A DNA stretch of 64,000 nucleotides, taken from positions 704,001 through 768,000 of the forward strand of contig CAWEZH010000002.1 in assembly GCA_963813535.1 (NCBI GenBank), in the 5' to 3' direction. Below, in pieces: positions 39,085-47,753 of the stretch (position 1 is the stretch's first letter; each line of letters starts with the position of its first letter). Position numbers and translations under genes: made by a program. The notes beneath the pieces were generated by a model. It was given only the letters and a program-made list of their open reading frames with translations. It was not told where the DNA came from and made no database searches. The stretch comes from an uncultured Chloroflexia bacterium. GTDB lineage: Bacteria > Chloroflexota > Limnocylindria > Limnocylindrales > CSP1-4.

Positions 39085-39905
39085 CCGCCGGAACCGACCT
39101 CACCATCCTCGTCGCGCTCGCGGCCGGCCTCATCAGCTTCCTCTCGCCGTGCGTCCTGCCGCTGGTGCCGGCGTATCTCGGTCAACTCAGCGCGATCGCC
39201 GTCGCAGGAGCGGAGACACCGCGACCGGACCGCTGGCTGGCCATCCGCCACGCCGTCGCGTTCGTGGTCGGCTTCACGGCGGTGTTCACGCTGCTCGGCA
39301 TCACGGCGACGTACCTCGCCCAAGGGCTCGTCGACATCCTGCCCCTGCTCCGTGTGGTCGGTGGCGTGATCCTCATCGTCATGGGTCTGAGCCTGGCGGG
39401 CATCCTGCGGATCCCTGCCCTCGAGCGAACGTGGCGACCGCTCGATGCGGGCGCCGCCGGCAGCCTCGCCACGGCGACGGGCTCGATCGCGCTGTCGACC
39501 GGCGGGCCCGATGCGCGCCCGACGCTCGGCGACCGGCTCGGCGGTCGGTTGGTCGGGTCGGGCGGCGGGTTGCTGGCGTCGTTCGGCCTCGGCTCGATCT
39601 TCGCCATCGGCTGGACACCGTGCATCGGGATCATCCTCGGCGGCATCCTGACCATGGCCGCGACGAGCGGCACGGTCACCCAGGGCACGCTGCTCCTGGT
39701 GGCCTATTGCCTCGGCCTGGGCGTGCCGTTCCTGGTCATCGCCCTTGCGTACGACCGCGCCCCGCGCTTGATCCAGCCACTCCTCCGGCACGGACGGACG
39801 GTCTCCCTGATCGGCGGGTTGCTGGTGTCGGCGATCGGTGTGGCGATGGTGCTCGACCTCCTTCGCCTGCTGCCGCGCTATTTCCAGTTCCTGACGGCGA
39901 TCTGA
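39081..39905 (+). CDS. ccdA: Cytochrome c biogenesis protein CcdA
   Basis: AGLISFLSPCVLPLVPAY, GWTPCIG.IL, GLGVPF. Confidence 0.93.
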   Translation: MTAGTDLTILVALAAGLISFLSPCVLPLVPAYLGQLSAIAVAGAETPRPDRWLAIRHAVAFVVGFTAVFTLLGITATYLAQGLVDILPLLRVVGGVILIVMGLSLAGILRIPALERTWRPLDAGAAGSLATATGSIALSTGGPDARPTLGDRLGGRLVGSGGGLLASFGLGSIFAIGWTPCIGIILGGILTMAATSGTVTQGTLLLVAYCLGLGVPFLVIALAYDRAPRLIQPLLRHGRTVSLIGGLLVSAIGVAMVLDLLRLLPRYFQFLTAI

Positions 39906-39909
39906 TCCC

Positions 39910-40604
39910 ATGACGATCGAGACCGAGCGGCCGACGTTCACCCACAAGCGCGCCCGCCATGGGCTGATCGGGCCGTTCAGCGGCCGCCAGCTGCTCGCAG
40001 GTGCGATCGCCGTGCTCGTCGTGGCGATCATCGGGGTCGCGGTGACCACGCCGCTCGGCAACACGGCGAATCCGCCCGACCTCGTCGACCCGCTGGCGAC
40101 GCCGTTCATCATCGGCGACGAACCGGCACAGGGCCTCCAGGCGGGCACGACGGCACCCGAGCTCACGATCGACCTCGGCGACGGTAGACCTACCAACTGC
40201 AGGATCTCGACGGCAAGCCGGTCACCCTCGCTGCCCTCCGGGGCAAGGTCGTGTGGCTGAACTTCTTCGCCTCGTGGTGCCCGCCGTGCCAGCAGGAGAC
40301 CCCGATCCTGCGCACGCTGGCGGATGAGTACCGCGATCGCGGTCTCGAGGTCGTCGGCGTCAGCGTCCAGGAGACGACCGCCGCCGACGTGAAGGCGTAC
40401 GCCGATCGATATCGACTCCGCTACACCATCGGCTTCGACGGCTCCGGGCATGTCCTCCGTGAGTACCGCGTCTTCGCCCTGCCGACCCAGTTCTTCATCG
40501 ATGTCGACGGGGTCATCCGGCAGGTCGTCAGCGGTCCCGTCGACGAGCAGGGCGCCAGGGCGCTGATCGAATCGATGCTCAGCGAGGTCCCGGCGGCGTC
40601 CTAG
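39910..40604 (+). CDS. TlpA/ResA-like thiol-disulfide oxidoreductase, frameshift ~40187
   Basis: TM anchor, DLDGKPV.L..LRGKVVWLNFFASWCPPC, LPT.FFID. Confidence 0.85.
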
Positions 40605-41467
40605 ATCGGCTCGAAGCGGAACCGGTCGCGATCGCGGGTGATGTGACCGACCGGGTGCGTCCGCTCGTGGGACAGCGCGATGAGCCAGCCCTCGTCGGCG
40701 GCCTGACCGAACAGCTCGGCCTTCTGCGAGACCGAATCGAGCGGGAAATCGTCGAAGGCCGTGACCCAGCGGGGGTTGGCCGCCCATGGCCGCATGAACA
40801 GGTCGCCGAAGAAGACGAGGGTCTTGGCGCCGTCGCCGGTCCCGCGCGCGACGATCGCCTGGTGACCGGTCGAGTGTCCGCCGGTGGGGATGACCGTCAC
40901 GCCCGGAACCAATTCCTTCTCGCCGTCGGTCCAGCCCTGCTCGCCCCAACTCTTGACGAGCTCCAGCTCCGGCTGCACGTACGAGGCGACAAGGCGTGGG
41001 TTGTCACCGAGCGCGACCTCCCACTCGGCCTTCTGGGCGACGACCGTCGCGTGCGGGAACGCGCGCTCGCCATCGGCCCGCAACAGCCCCCCGGCGTGGT
41101 CGAAATGGAGGTGGCTCAGCGCGACGACGTCGACGGTCTCGGGGAGGAACCCGGCCGCCTCGAGCGCCGGCAGGATGGCCGGCCCCTCGTAGACGCGCAT
41201 GGCGCGGGTCTTCTCGTCGACCCGCTCGCCGATGCCGGTCTCGACCAGCACGCGCCCCGATGGCGTCTCGATCAGGAGGCAGTTGAGCGCCTGGAGGAGG
41301 CGGTTCTCCGGGTCGAGCTCGTCGGTCACGAGCTTGTCCCACAGGAGTCGCGGGACCGGTCCGAAGAGCGCCCCGGCGTCGGATCGGAACGTCCCGGCCT
41401 GGATCAGGGCGACGCGCGTGCCACCGCCGAGATCCGCGTGCCAATCGACCGCGTCATTGATCGCCAC
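40601..41467 (-). CDS. MBL-fold metallo-hydrolase (YtnP-like)
   Basis: D.GA.FG.VP, SHLHFDHAGG, GGHSTGHQ, FGDL. Confidence 0.88.
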   Translation of the reverse strand: MAINDAVDWHADLGGGTRVALIQAGTFRSDAGALFGPVPRLLWDKLVTDELDPENRLLQALNCLLIETPSGRVLVETGIGERVDEKTRAMRVYEGPAILPALEAAGFLPETVDVVALSHLHFDHAGGLLRADGERAFPHATVVAQKAEWEVALGDNPRLVASYVQPELELVKSWGEQGWTDGEKELVPGVTVIPTGGHSTGHQAIVARGTGDGAKTLVFFGDLFMRPWAANPRWVTAFDDFPLDSVSQKAELFGQAADEGWLIALSHERTHPVGHITRDRDRFRFEPI

Positions 41468-41471
41468 GCGT

Positions 41472-42047
41472 CTAGCGCTTCCCGTCGAAGTCCCGGTGGA
41501 ACGCCGATGCGGTCGGTTCCTTCTGACCCTGGTACCGGGAACGGAGCTCCGGGGAGCCGTATGGCCGCTCGACCGCGGAGGACATCTTGAAGAACGAGAT
41601 CTGGCCGATGCGCATGCCGTAGTAGAGCGCGATCGGCAGATTGGCGACGTTGGAGAGCTCGAGCGTCAGGTTGCCCTTCCATCCCGGGTCGACGTAACCA
41701 GCGGTCGAATGGATGAGCAGCCCGAGACGGCCCAATGAGCTCTTGCCCTCCAGTCTCGCCACGAGATCGTCCGGCAGCTCGACCCATTCGAGCGTCTGGC
41801 CGAGCACGAACTCACCAGGGTGGAGGATGAACGCCTCGTCGTCCTCGACGGTCAGCAGCTCCGTCAGGTCGGGCTGCGGCGCGCGGACGTCGATGTACGG
41901 ATAGCGGTTGTTGCGGAACACCCGGAACGCGCGGTCGAGGTGCAGGTCGACCGACGACGGTTGGAGATCCTGGGAGTCGTAGGGATCGATGCGGACCGAC
42001 CCCGCCTCGAGCGCCGCGCGGATGTCGCGATCGGAGAGGACGCTCAC
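41472..42047 (-). CDS. dcd: dCTP deaminase
   Basis: [38 protein letters not shown]. Confidence 0.96.
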   Translation of the reverse strand: MSVLSDRDIRAALEAGSVRIDPYDSQDLQPSSVDLHLDRAFRVFRNNRYPYIDVRAPQPDLTELLTVEDDEAFILHPGEFVLGQTLEWVELPDDLVARLEGKSSLGRLGLLIHSTAGYVDPGWKGNLTLELSNVANLPIALYYGMRIGQISFFKMSSAVERPYGSPELRSRYQGQKEPTASAFHRDFDGKR

Positions 42048-42520
42048 GCGGCGTTGTGCCCGTCGCCCTTCTCGGCGTACAGGCTGTCGACCTCGCGCTT
42101 GAGGTCCTCGAGGTCCTCGAAGCTCTGGTACACGCTGGCGAAACGGATGTAGGCGATCTGGTCGAGGCCGCGCAGAGCCTCCATCGCCAGGGCCCCCACC
42201 CTCGACGACGGCACCTCGGTCATGCCCTCGGCACGCAACTCGGCCTCGATCCGGTCGGCCGCGACCTCGGCCGCGTCATCCGGCACGGGCCGGCGCGTCA
42301 GGGACTTGCGCAGACCCGTCACGAGTCGCTCGCGGTCGAACTCCTGGCGCGTCCCGTCGCGCTTGACGACGACGAGGCGCGCGGCCTCGATCCGCTCGTA
42401 GGTGGTGAAGCGCGTCGCGCAGACGTTGCACTCGCGTCGACGCCGGATCGTGGCCGACTCATCGAGATCGCGCGAGTCGACGACGCGGGTATCCCGGTCG
42501 CCGCATTGGGGGCAGCGCAT
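42044..42520 (-). CDS. nrdR: Transcriptional repressor NrdR
   Basis: MRCPQC...VVDSR...RRRREC..C..RFTTYE, ATP cone, YIRFASVY. Confidence 0.97.
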   Translation of the reverse strand: MRCPQCGDRDTRVVDSRDLDESATIRRRRECNVCATRFTTYERIEAARLVVVKRDGTRQEFDRERLVTGLRKSLTRRPVPDDAAEVAADRIEAELRAEGMTEVPSSRVGALAMEALRGLDQIAYIRFASVYQSFEDLEDLKREVDSLYAEKGDGHNAA

Positions 42521-42540
42521 CGCTCTCCTGTCGATCGATA

Positions 42541-42587
42541 CCACTACACGTTGTGGTGTTGCGCGATGATACCACTAGATGGTGTGG
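42541..42587. promoter_or_regulatory. Tandem NrdR boxes
   Basis: CCACTACACGTTGTGG (42541-42556) and CCACTAGATGGTGTGG (42572-42587), 31 bp apart, resembling acaCwAtATaTwGtgt. Confidence 0.82.
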
Positions 42588-43166
42588 TCAGGGGCGCGTG
42601 GTGCCGGCCGGCGCGGACCCCTTCGCCGCGCCGTCGGGTTGGGCGACCTCGAGGGCCTCGGCGGCCAGGGCGTGGGCCGCGATGGCGTCGCGGGCATGGA
42701 TCAGGTTCAGGTAGCCGCGCTTGACCGACGTCTGGGCCTCGATCTCGCGTCCGCGGCGGCGCGACTGGGCCATGATCTTCGCGCCGTGGTCGACCATGGC
42801 GAGCGCGCGCTCGGCGCGCTCGAGCTCCTCGACGATGGCGTCGCGGATCGGCACGGCGGCCGGTGGCCCCTTGAGTGAGCGTGCCTCCTCGGCGTAGCGC
42901 GTCACGGCGTCGGTCGCGGCTTCGAGGGTCTGCCCGATCGCGTCGGCGCCGAGCTGTCCGCGGCGGACCGCATCGACTCGTCCTGCGGCCCCTTCCAGCG
43001 AGCGGTCGATCCGCGCGGACAGGTCTCGCACGGCCGATCGGAAATGCTCGACCTCGCGGGTCCGCGCCATGATCCGGCCGGCTCGCCGCAGGACGACGGC
43101 GACGGCAAGGGCCAGGGCGATGAACGCCGCGACCGGCAGGAGGATGGTGAGTTCGGCCACGCCCAT
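42588..43166 (-). CDS. Hypothetical membrane-anchored helical protein
   Basis: N-terminal TM, coiled-coil-like body; follows etfA. Confidence 0.7.
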   Translation of the reverse strand: MGVAELTILLPVAAFIALALAVAVVLRRAGRIMARTREVEHFRSAVRDLSARIDRSLEGAAGRVDAVRRGQLGADAIGQTLEAATDAVTRYAEEARSLKGPPAAVPIRDAIVEELERAERALAMVDHGAKIMAQSRRRGREIEAQTSVKRGYLNLIHARDAIAAHALAAEALEVAQPDGAAKGSAPAGTTRP

Positions 43167-43182
43167 CAGGCCGCGCACTCCC

Positions 43183-44163
43183 TCAGCTGGTCCGAGCTCG
43201 CAACTCGGCGAGCAAGGCGTTGCCGACCTCGACGAGGTCGCCGATCACGACCATGTCGGCGAAGTCCGCGATCGGGGCGTCCGGGTCGCGATTGACGGCG
43301 ATGATGGTCGATGCGGTCTGCATCCCGACCTTGTGCTGGATAGCGCCGCTGATGCCCATCGCGAGATAGAGCTGCGGCTTCACGATCTTGCCGGTCTGCC
43401 CGATCTGCTGGCTATACGGGATCCATCCGGAGTCGACCGCGGCCCGCGTCGCACCGACGGCGCCACCGAGCGCGTCGGCCAGTTCCTGGATGAGCCCGAA
43501 GCCCTCCGGACCGCCGACGCCACGACCGCCCGCGACGATGATGCGGGCGTCGTCGATCTGGGCCGCCTTGGTCTCGGCCGGGAGGCGCTCGACCACGGGC
43601 ACGGCCGGCTGCTGCAGCTCCCCGGTGGTGGTCGCCGTCTCGACGGCTCCAGTCGATGCGGCCGGCTCCGCCGTGATGCTGTTCGCGCGGACGGTGATGA
43701 TCCCCTTCCCGCCGGTCAGCCCGCTCTCGGTGATGAGCTTGCCGCCGAAGACGCTATGGGTCGCCACCGGACCATCTGCCGATCCCGTGACACCGGTCGC
43801 GTTGGCCAGGACGCCCCACCCGGTGAGCGCGGATAGCGCACCGGCGAGGTCGCGACCCTCGGCTCCAGCACCGGTCATCACGATGTCGGGGTCGTGGGTC
43901 TCGATCAGCGATGCGAGACGCTGCGCGACGATCATCCCGGCCGCGTGATCGCCAGTCGTCGGCTCCGTGACCGCGAGGACCTTCGGGACGTATCGGGCGA
44001 GCTCCGCAGCGGCGGCGGTCGGGTCGGACCCGATCACGACACCGGTCACCTCGGCACCACCGCTCTGTCCAGCCACGGTCCGGGCGAGCGTGGCGACCTC
44101 GGTAGTCAGTTTCGCGAGCGATCCATCGCCGGCGATCTCGCCATGGACCCAGATCCCGGCCAT
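43183..44163 (-). CDS. etfA: Electron transfer flavoprotein alpha subunit
   Basis: VAGGRG, GATRAAVD.GW, QIGQTGK, GISGAIQH. Confidence 0.96.
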   Translation of the reverse strand: MAGIWVHGEIAGDGSLAKLTTEVATLARTVAGQSGGAEVTGVVIGSDPTAAAAELARYVPKVLAVTEPTTGDHAAGMIVAQRLASLIETHDPDIVMTGAGAEGRDLAGALSALTGWGVLANATGVTGSADGPVATHSVFGGKLITESGLTGGKGIITVRANSITAEPAASTGAVETATTTGELQQPAVPVVERLPAETKAAQIDDARIIVAGGRGVGGPEGFGLIQELADALGGAVGATRAAVDSGWIPYSQQIGQTGKIVKPQLYLAMGISGAIQHKVGMQTASTIIAVNRDPDAPIADFADMVVIGDLVEVGNALLAELRARTS

Positions 44164-44954
44164 CAGATCAGCCGCCGCTCGGCCAGGAGGTCCGCGATCT
44201 GTTTCGCCGCTTCCTCGGGAGCGTCCCTCACGACACGCGTCGCCCCGCGCGGCTCGGGCGGCCGCGAATCGACGACCTTCGTGGTCGCACCGGTCAACCC
44301 GACCGTCGCCGGCTCGATCCCCAGATCCGCCAGCGACAGCGTGGTGATCTCCTTCGAGCGGGCCGCCATGATCCCCTTCAGCGACGGATAGCGCGGCTCT
44401 CCGAGCGCCTGCGTCCCGGAGATGAGGGCCGGCATCGGCGCCTCGAGCACATCGTAGCCGTCGGCCGTGATCCGCCTGACCCGCACGGTACGCCCGGCCT
44501 CGTCCGGCTCGATCGTCGCGGCATAGGACAGGTACGGCAGACCGGTCAGCGCGGCGACACCGGGCGCCACGACGCCGGCAGTGCCGTCGGACGTGTCGAC
44601 GCCGGCGAACACGAGGTCGAACTCGAGCGTCTTCAACGCGGCCGCCAGGATGCGCGTCGTCGCGACGGTGTCGGAGCCCTCGATCGCGGGGTCCGTCACG
44701 AGGACACCTCGGGTCGCCCCCATCGCGAGCGCCTTGCGCATGGTCTCGGGCGCCGTCGCCGGGGCCATCGTCAGGAGGATGACCTCGCCGTCACCGGCCG
44801 CCTCGATGAGCTTGAGCGCCTTCTCGAGCACGTATTCGTCATTGCCGTTGACGACGGCCGGGCTATTGGCCCGATCGAGCCTCCCATCGGGACCGAGTCG
44901 TTCGCCGCCCGAGGCGGGATCCGGGACGGGTTTCGTGAGGACGACGATGCGCAC
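44163..44954 (-). CDS. etfB: Electron transfer flavoprotein beta subunit
   Basis: K.VPD, RKALAMGA, D...T, EPRYPSLKGIM. Confidence 0.95.
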   Translation of the reverse strand: MRIVVLTKPVPDPASGGERLGPDGRLDRANSPAVVNGNDEYVLEKALKLIEAAGDGEVILLTMAPATAPETMRKALAMGATRGVLVTDPAIEGSDTVATTRILAAALKTLEFDLVFAGVDTSDGTAGVVAPGVAALTGLPYLSYAATIEPDEAGRTVRVRRITADGYDVLEAPMPALISGTQALGEPRYPSLKGIMAARSKEITTLSLADLGIEPATVGLTGATTKVVDSRPPEPRGATRVVRDAPEEAAKQIADLLAERRLI

Positions 44955-44987
44955 GAGCGGACGGAACCTCCTGGGCGCTCGCGGCGG

Positions 44988-46160
44988 TCAGCCCTTGCCG
45001 AGCAAGGATCGCGCGATGACGAGCCGCTGGATCTGCTGTGTCCCCTCGTAGAGCTGGGTGATCTTCGCGTCGCGCATCATCCGCTCGACCGGGAACTCGT
45101 CGATGTACCCGTAGCCCCCGAGCACCTGGACGGCGTCGGTCGTGACCCGCATCGCGGTGTCACCGGCGACGAGTTTACACATCGCCGACCATCGACTGGC
45201 GTCCGCCGCACCGGCGTCGATCTCGACGCACGCCTTGTACAGGAGCTGCCGCGCAGCCTCGGTCCCGGCGTCCATGTCGGCCAGCATCGCGCCGACCTGC
45301 TGGAAGTCGCCGATGCGCTGCCCGAACTGTTTGCGGTCGCGGGCGTAGGCCGCCGCCGCCTCGAGTGCGCCCTGGGCGATACCGACCGCCTGGGCTGCGA
45401 TGGCCGTGCGGCTCCGGTCGAGCGTGCGCATCGCGATGCTCCAGCCATCGCCCTCCTCGCCGAGCCGGTTCGAGGCGGGGACCCGCAGGTTCGTGAAGGC
45501 GAGCTCGGCCGTCGGGCTGCCGCGGATGCCCATCTTGTGCTCGATCCGGGTGACCGAGAACCCGTCACTCGGGACCTCGACCACGAAGGCGCTCAGGCGT
45601 TCGTGTCGCGGGGCGTCGGGCTTCGTCACGGCGAAGACGACGACGAGTTCCGCGACCGAACCCTGGCTGATGAACCGCTTGCCGCCATCGATGAGGTAGT
45701 CGTCGCCATCACGGCGCGCGGTCGTGCGCGCTGCGGCGGCGTCGGATCCGGCCTCGGCCTCGGTGAGGGCGAACGCGATGAGGTGCTCCCCGCTGGCCAG
45801 CTTCGGGAACCAGCGCGCCTGCTGCTCGGGCGTACCGGCCAGCGTGATCGGCAGCGAGCCGAGTTCCTGGACGGCGAGGATCAGACCGGTCGTCGCGCAC
45901 GCCCGACTCAGCTGCTCGACGGCGAGGCACACGGTCAGCAGCTCTCCCCCGAGGCCCCCGTGCTCGGTCGGGAACGGCAGGGCGAGGATGTCGTGGTCGG
46001 CGAGCAGCCGGCGCATGTCCTCGGGGAACTCGCCGGTCTTGTCGATCTCCGCGGCGCGGGGGGCGACGCGGTCGTCGGCCAGCACGCGGACCGCGTCGCG
46101 GAGCATCTGCTGGTCTTCCGTGAGTCGGAACGGGCCCGGGGCGCGGCTCGCGGTGGTCAC
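44988..46160 (-). CDS. Acyl-CoA dehydrogenase
   Basis: FALTE..AGSD, KMGIRGSPT, R.QFG, QVLGGYGY, RDAKITQLYEGT. Confidence 0.95.
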   Translation of the reverse strand: MTTASRAPGPFRLTEDQQMLRDAVRVLADDRVAPRAAEIDKTGEFPEDMRRLLADHDILALPFPTEHGGLGGELLTVCLAVEQLSRACATTGLILAVQELGSLPITLAGTPEQQARWFPKLASGEHLIAFALTEAEAGSDAAAARTTARRDGDDYLIDGGKRFISQGSVAELVVVFAVTKPDAPRHERLSAFVVEVPSDGFSVTRIEHKMGIRGSPTAELAFTNLRVPASNRLGEEGDGWSIAMRTLDRSRTAIAAQAVGIAQGALEAAAAYARDRKQFGQRIGDFQQVGAMLADMDAGTEAARQLLYKACVEIDAGAADASRWSAMCKLVAGDTAMRVTTDAVQVLGGYGYIDEFPVERMMRDAKITQLYEGTQQIQRLVIARSLLGKG

Positions 46161-46184
46161 TGCCCGCATCGTACCGCGCGGTTC

Positions 46185-46362
46185 GGCGATCGCGGCGATG
46201 TCGGTCACCCGGCGACCGAACTGACGGTGGAATGACCGCGCATTCGCCCGTGGGGCCGATCGTTCGCTGGTTCCGTCACCCGGTGACGGAATCGACGGTC
46301 GAAGCGGGTCTCCGGGGTCCGCGCCGGCCGCTCGGTCGCCGGTTCGGTCACCCCGTGACCGA
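46185..46362. repeat. Degenerate ~71-bp tandem repeat carrying three 19-bp palindromes
   Basis: TCGGTCACCCGGCGACCGA (46201), TCCGTCACCCGGTGACGGA (46272), TCGGTCACCCCGTGACCGA (46344). Confidence 0.75.
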
Positions 46363-46372
46363 CCAGCCACCA

Positions 46373-47164
46373 TCAGCTCTTTCGCAGGCGCCAGATCTCC
46401 TCGGCCGGCCAGCGGCGCGCCCACTCCAGCTCCTCGGCATCGCGATACGAGCTGGTCGCGCCCTCCGCGGCCTGGAGCTCGAGCAGATCCTCCACGACGA
46501 AGCCGTTGTCGCGGAACAGCCGGAGCCACTCCCCGTACGGCAGCTGGAACGTGGTCGTCTCCCCGTCGTCGAGACGATGCATGCCGAAGTAGTCGACAAC
46601 GAACCGATCGGTGACCCGGTCCCCGTCCAGCGGCCACGCGATCGCTTCGATCGGCGTGTGGTGGTTGAACGCGAACGATCCACCCGATCGCAGCACTCGC
46701 GCGGCCTCCGGAACCGTCCGATACGGGTCGGCGAACGTCATCGCCCCGTGGTCGCAGAACACGATGTCGAACGACGCGTCCGGGAGCGGGATGCGTTCTG
46801 CGCTGCCGTGGATCAACGGGAAGTCGAGCCCGGCCTCGTCCATCAGGCGGCGGGCGTGCTCGAGCTGTCGATCGGACAGATCCAGCCCGACGGGCCGGGC
46901 GCCCAGCTTGGCCAGCGCGATCGACCATTGCGCCGCGCCGCACCCGAGTTCGAGGACGTCCTTGCCGGCGACGTCGCCGAGGATGTGCAGCTCAGCCTCG
47001 GGGATCTGGGTGGTGCCCCACGCGAGGCCCGCGCTCGACGCGAGTTGCGCGCCGTGGCTCGCCTGGTACCGATCGGCGTCGGCATTCCAGGAATCGCGGT
47101 TCTGGATCTCGTGGTCTGTCAGTCCAGGAAGATCCGCGTGGCCCGTTTCAGCGCGGTCTGTCAT
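46373..47164 (-). CDS. Class I SAM-dependent methyltransferase (Methyltransf_11)
   Basis: VLELGCGAAQ, GLDLS, AE.IP..D.SFD, EAARVLR.GG. Confidence 0.9.
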   Translation of the reverse strand: MTDRAETGHADLPGLTDHEIQNRDSWNADADRYQASHGAQLASSAGLAWGTTQIPEAELHILGDVAGKDVLELGCGAAQWSIALAKLGARPVGLDLSDRQLEHARRLMDEAGLDFPLIHGSAERIPLPDASFDIVFCDHGAMTFADPYRTVPEAARVLRSGGSFAFNHHTPIEAIAWPLDGDRVTDRFVVDYFGMHRLDDGETTTFQLPYGEWLRLFRDNGFVVEDLLELQAAEGATSSYRDAEELEWARRWPAEEIWRLRKS

Positions 47165-47414
47165 GTGGCAATCATGCGATACGTGGATGAGGGCAGCCGT
47201 ATGGCGACCGTACGGTCCCCAAGGCGCCGATCGGACGTCTCGACGACAGCGCGAGGTCCCTTTCCGTGCGTGACCACAGACTCAGGGGCAAGAACTTTGG
47301 CCCGATCAGGGCCGGCTGTCGCCATAAGGCGGCCGTGATCCGCGTTATTCATGGTCGCGGACCGAGCGCGGGCGTCGCGGCCGCGGCGGCCCGGGCAGCG
47401 GCTCGCGGCCCCCG

Positions 47415-47753
47415 TCACCGCGTCCGCCGAGCCACGAAGGCCTCCGACTCGGTCGCGAGCGACCGCCACTCGCTCGGATCCCCACCCGTCACGGAGAGCC
47501 ACTCCTTCTGGATCCGGCCGTGACCCGGATCGAACCGCTGCCCCACCCCGGCCTCGACCAGCTCTTCCACGCGTTTCGCCGGCAGCTTCACGACCAGTCG
47601 CTCCTTCACGAGCATCGCGAAGATCTTCCCGTCGGTCTTCAGTGACGTCGCGCCGAACGCCCGTTCCGGGCCGCTCTCGTTGCCATACGTCGCCGAGCCC
47701 TCGCCGAGCACCTCGCCGACGAGCGCCTCCCAGCGCTCCGCCGCGCTCCCCAT
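47415..47753 (-). CDS. TfoX/MmcQ-like small protein
   Basis: FG...L...GKIFAM, LVVKLP..RV.EL, FDPG.GR..KEW. Confidence 0.7.
   Translation of the reverse strand: MGSAAERWEALVGEVLGEGSATYGNESGPERAFGATSLKTDGKIFAMLVKERLVVKLPAKRVEELVEAGVGQRFDPGHGRIQKEWLSVTGGDPSEWRSLATESEAFVARRTR

Noticed and set aside
46185-46362. Possible mini-CRISPR array
   Set aside because: Only three degenerate 19-bp units, spacers resemble each other, and there are no cas genes in the window
47165-47414. Small ORF or RNA in the intergenic region before the methyltransferase
   Set aside because: No SD, no codon bias and no convincing structure
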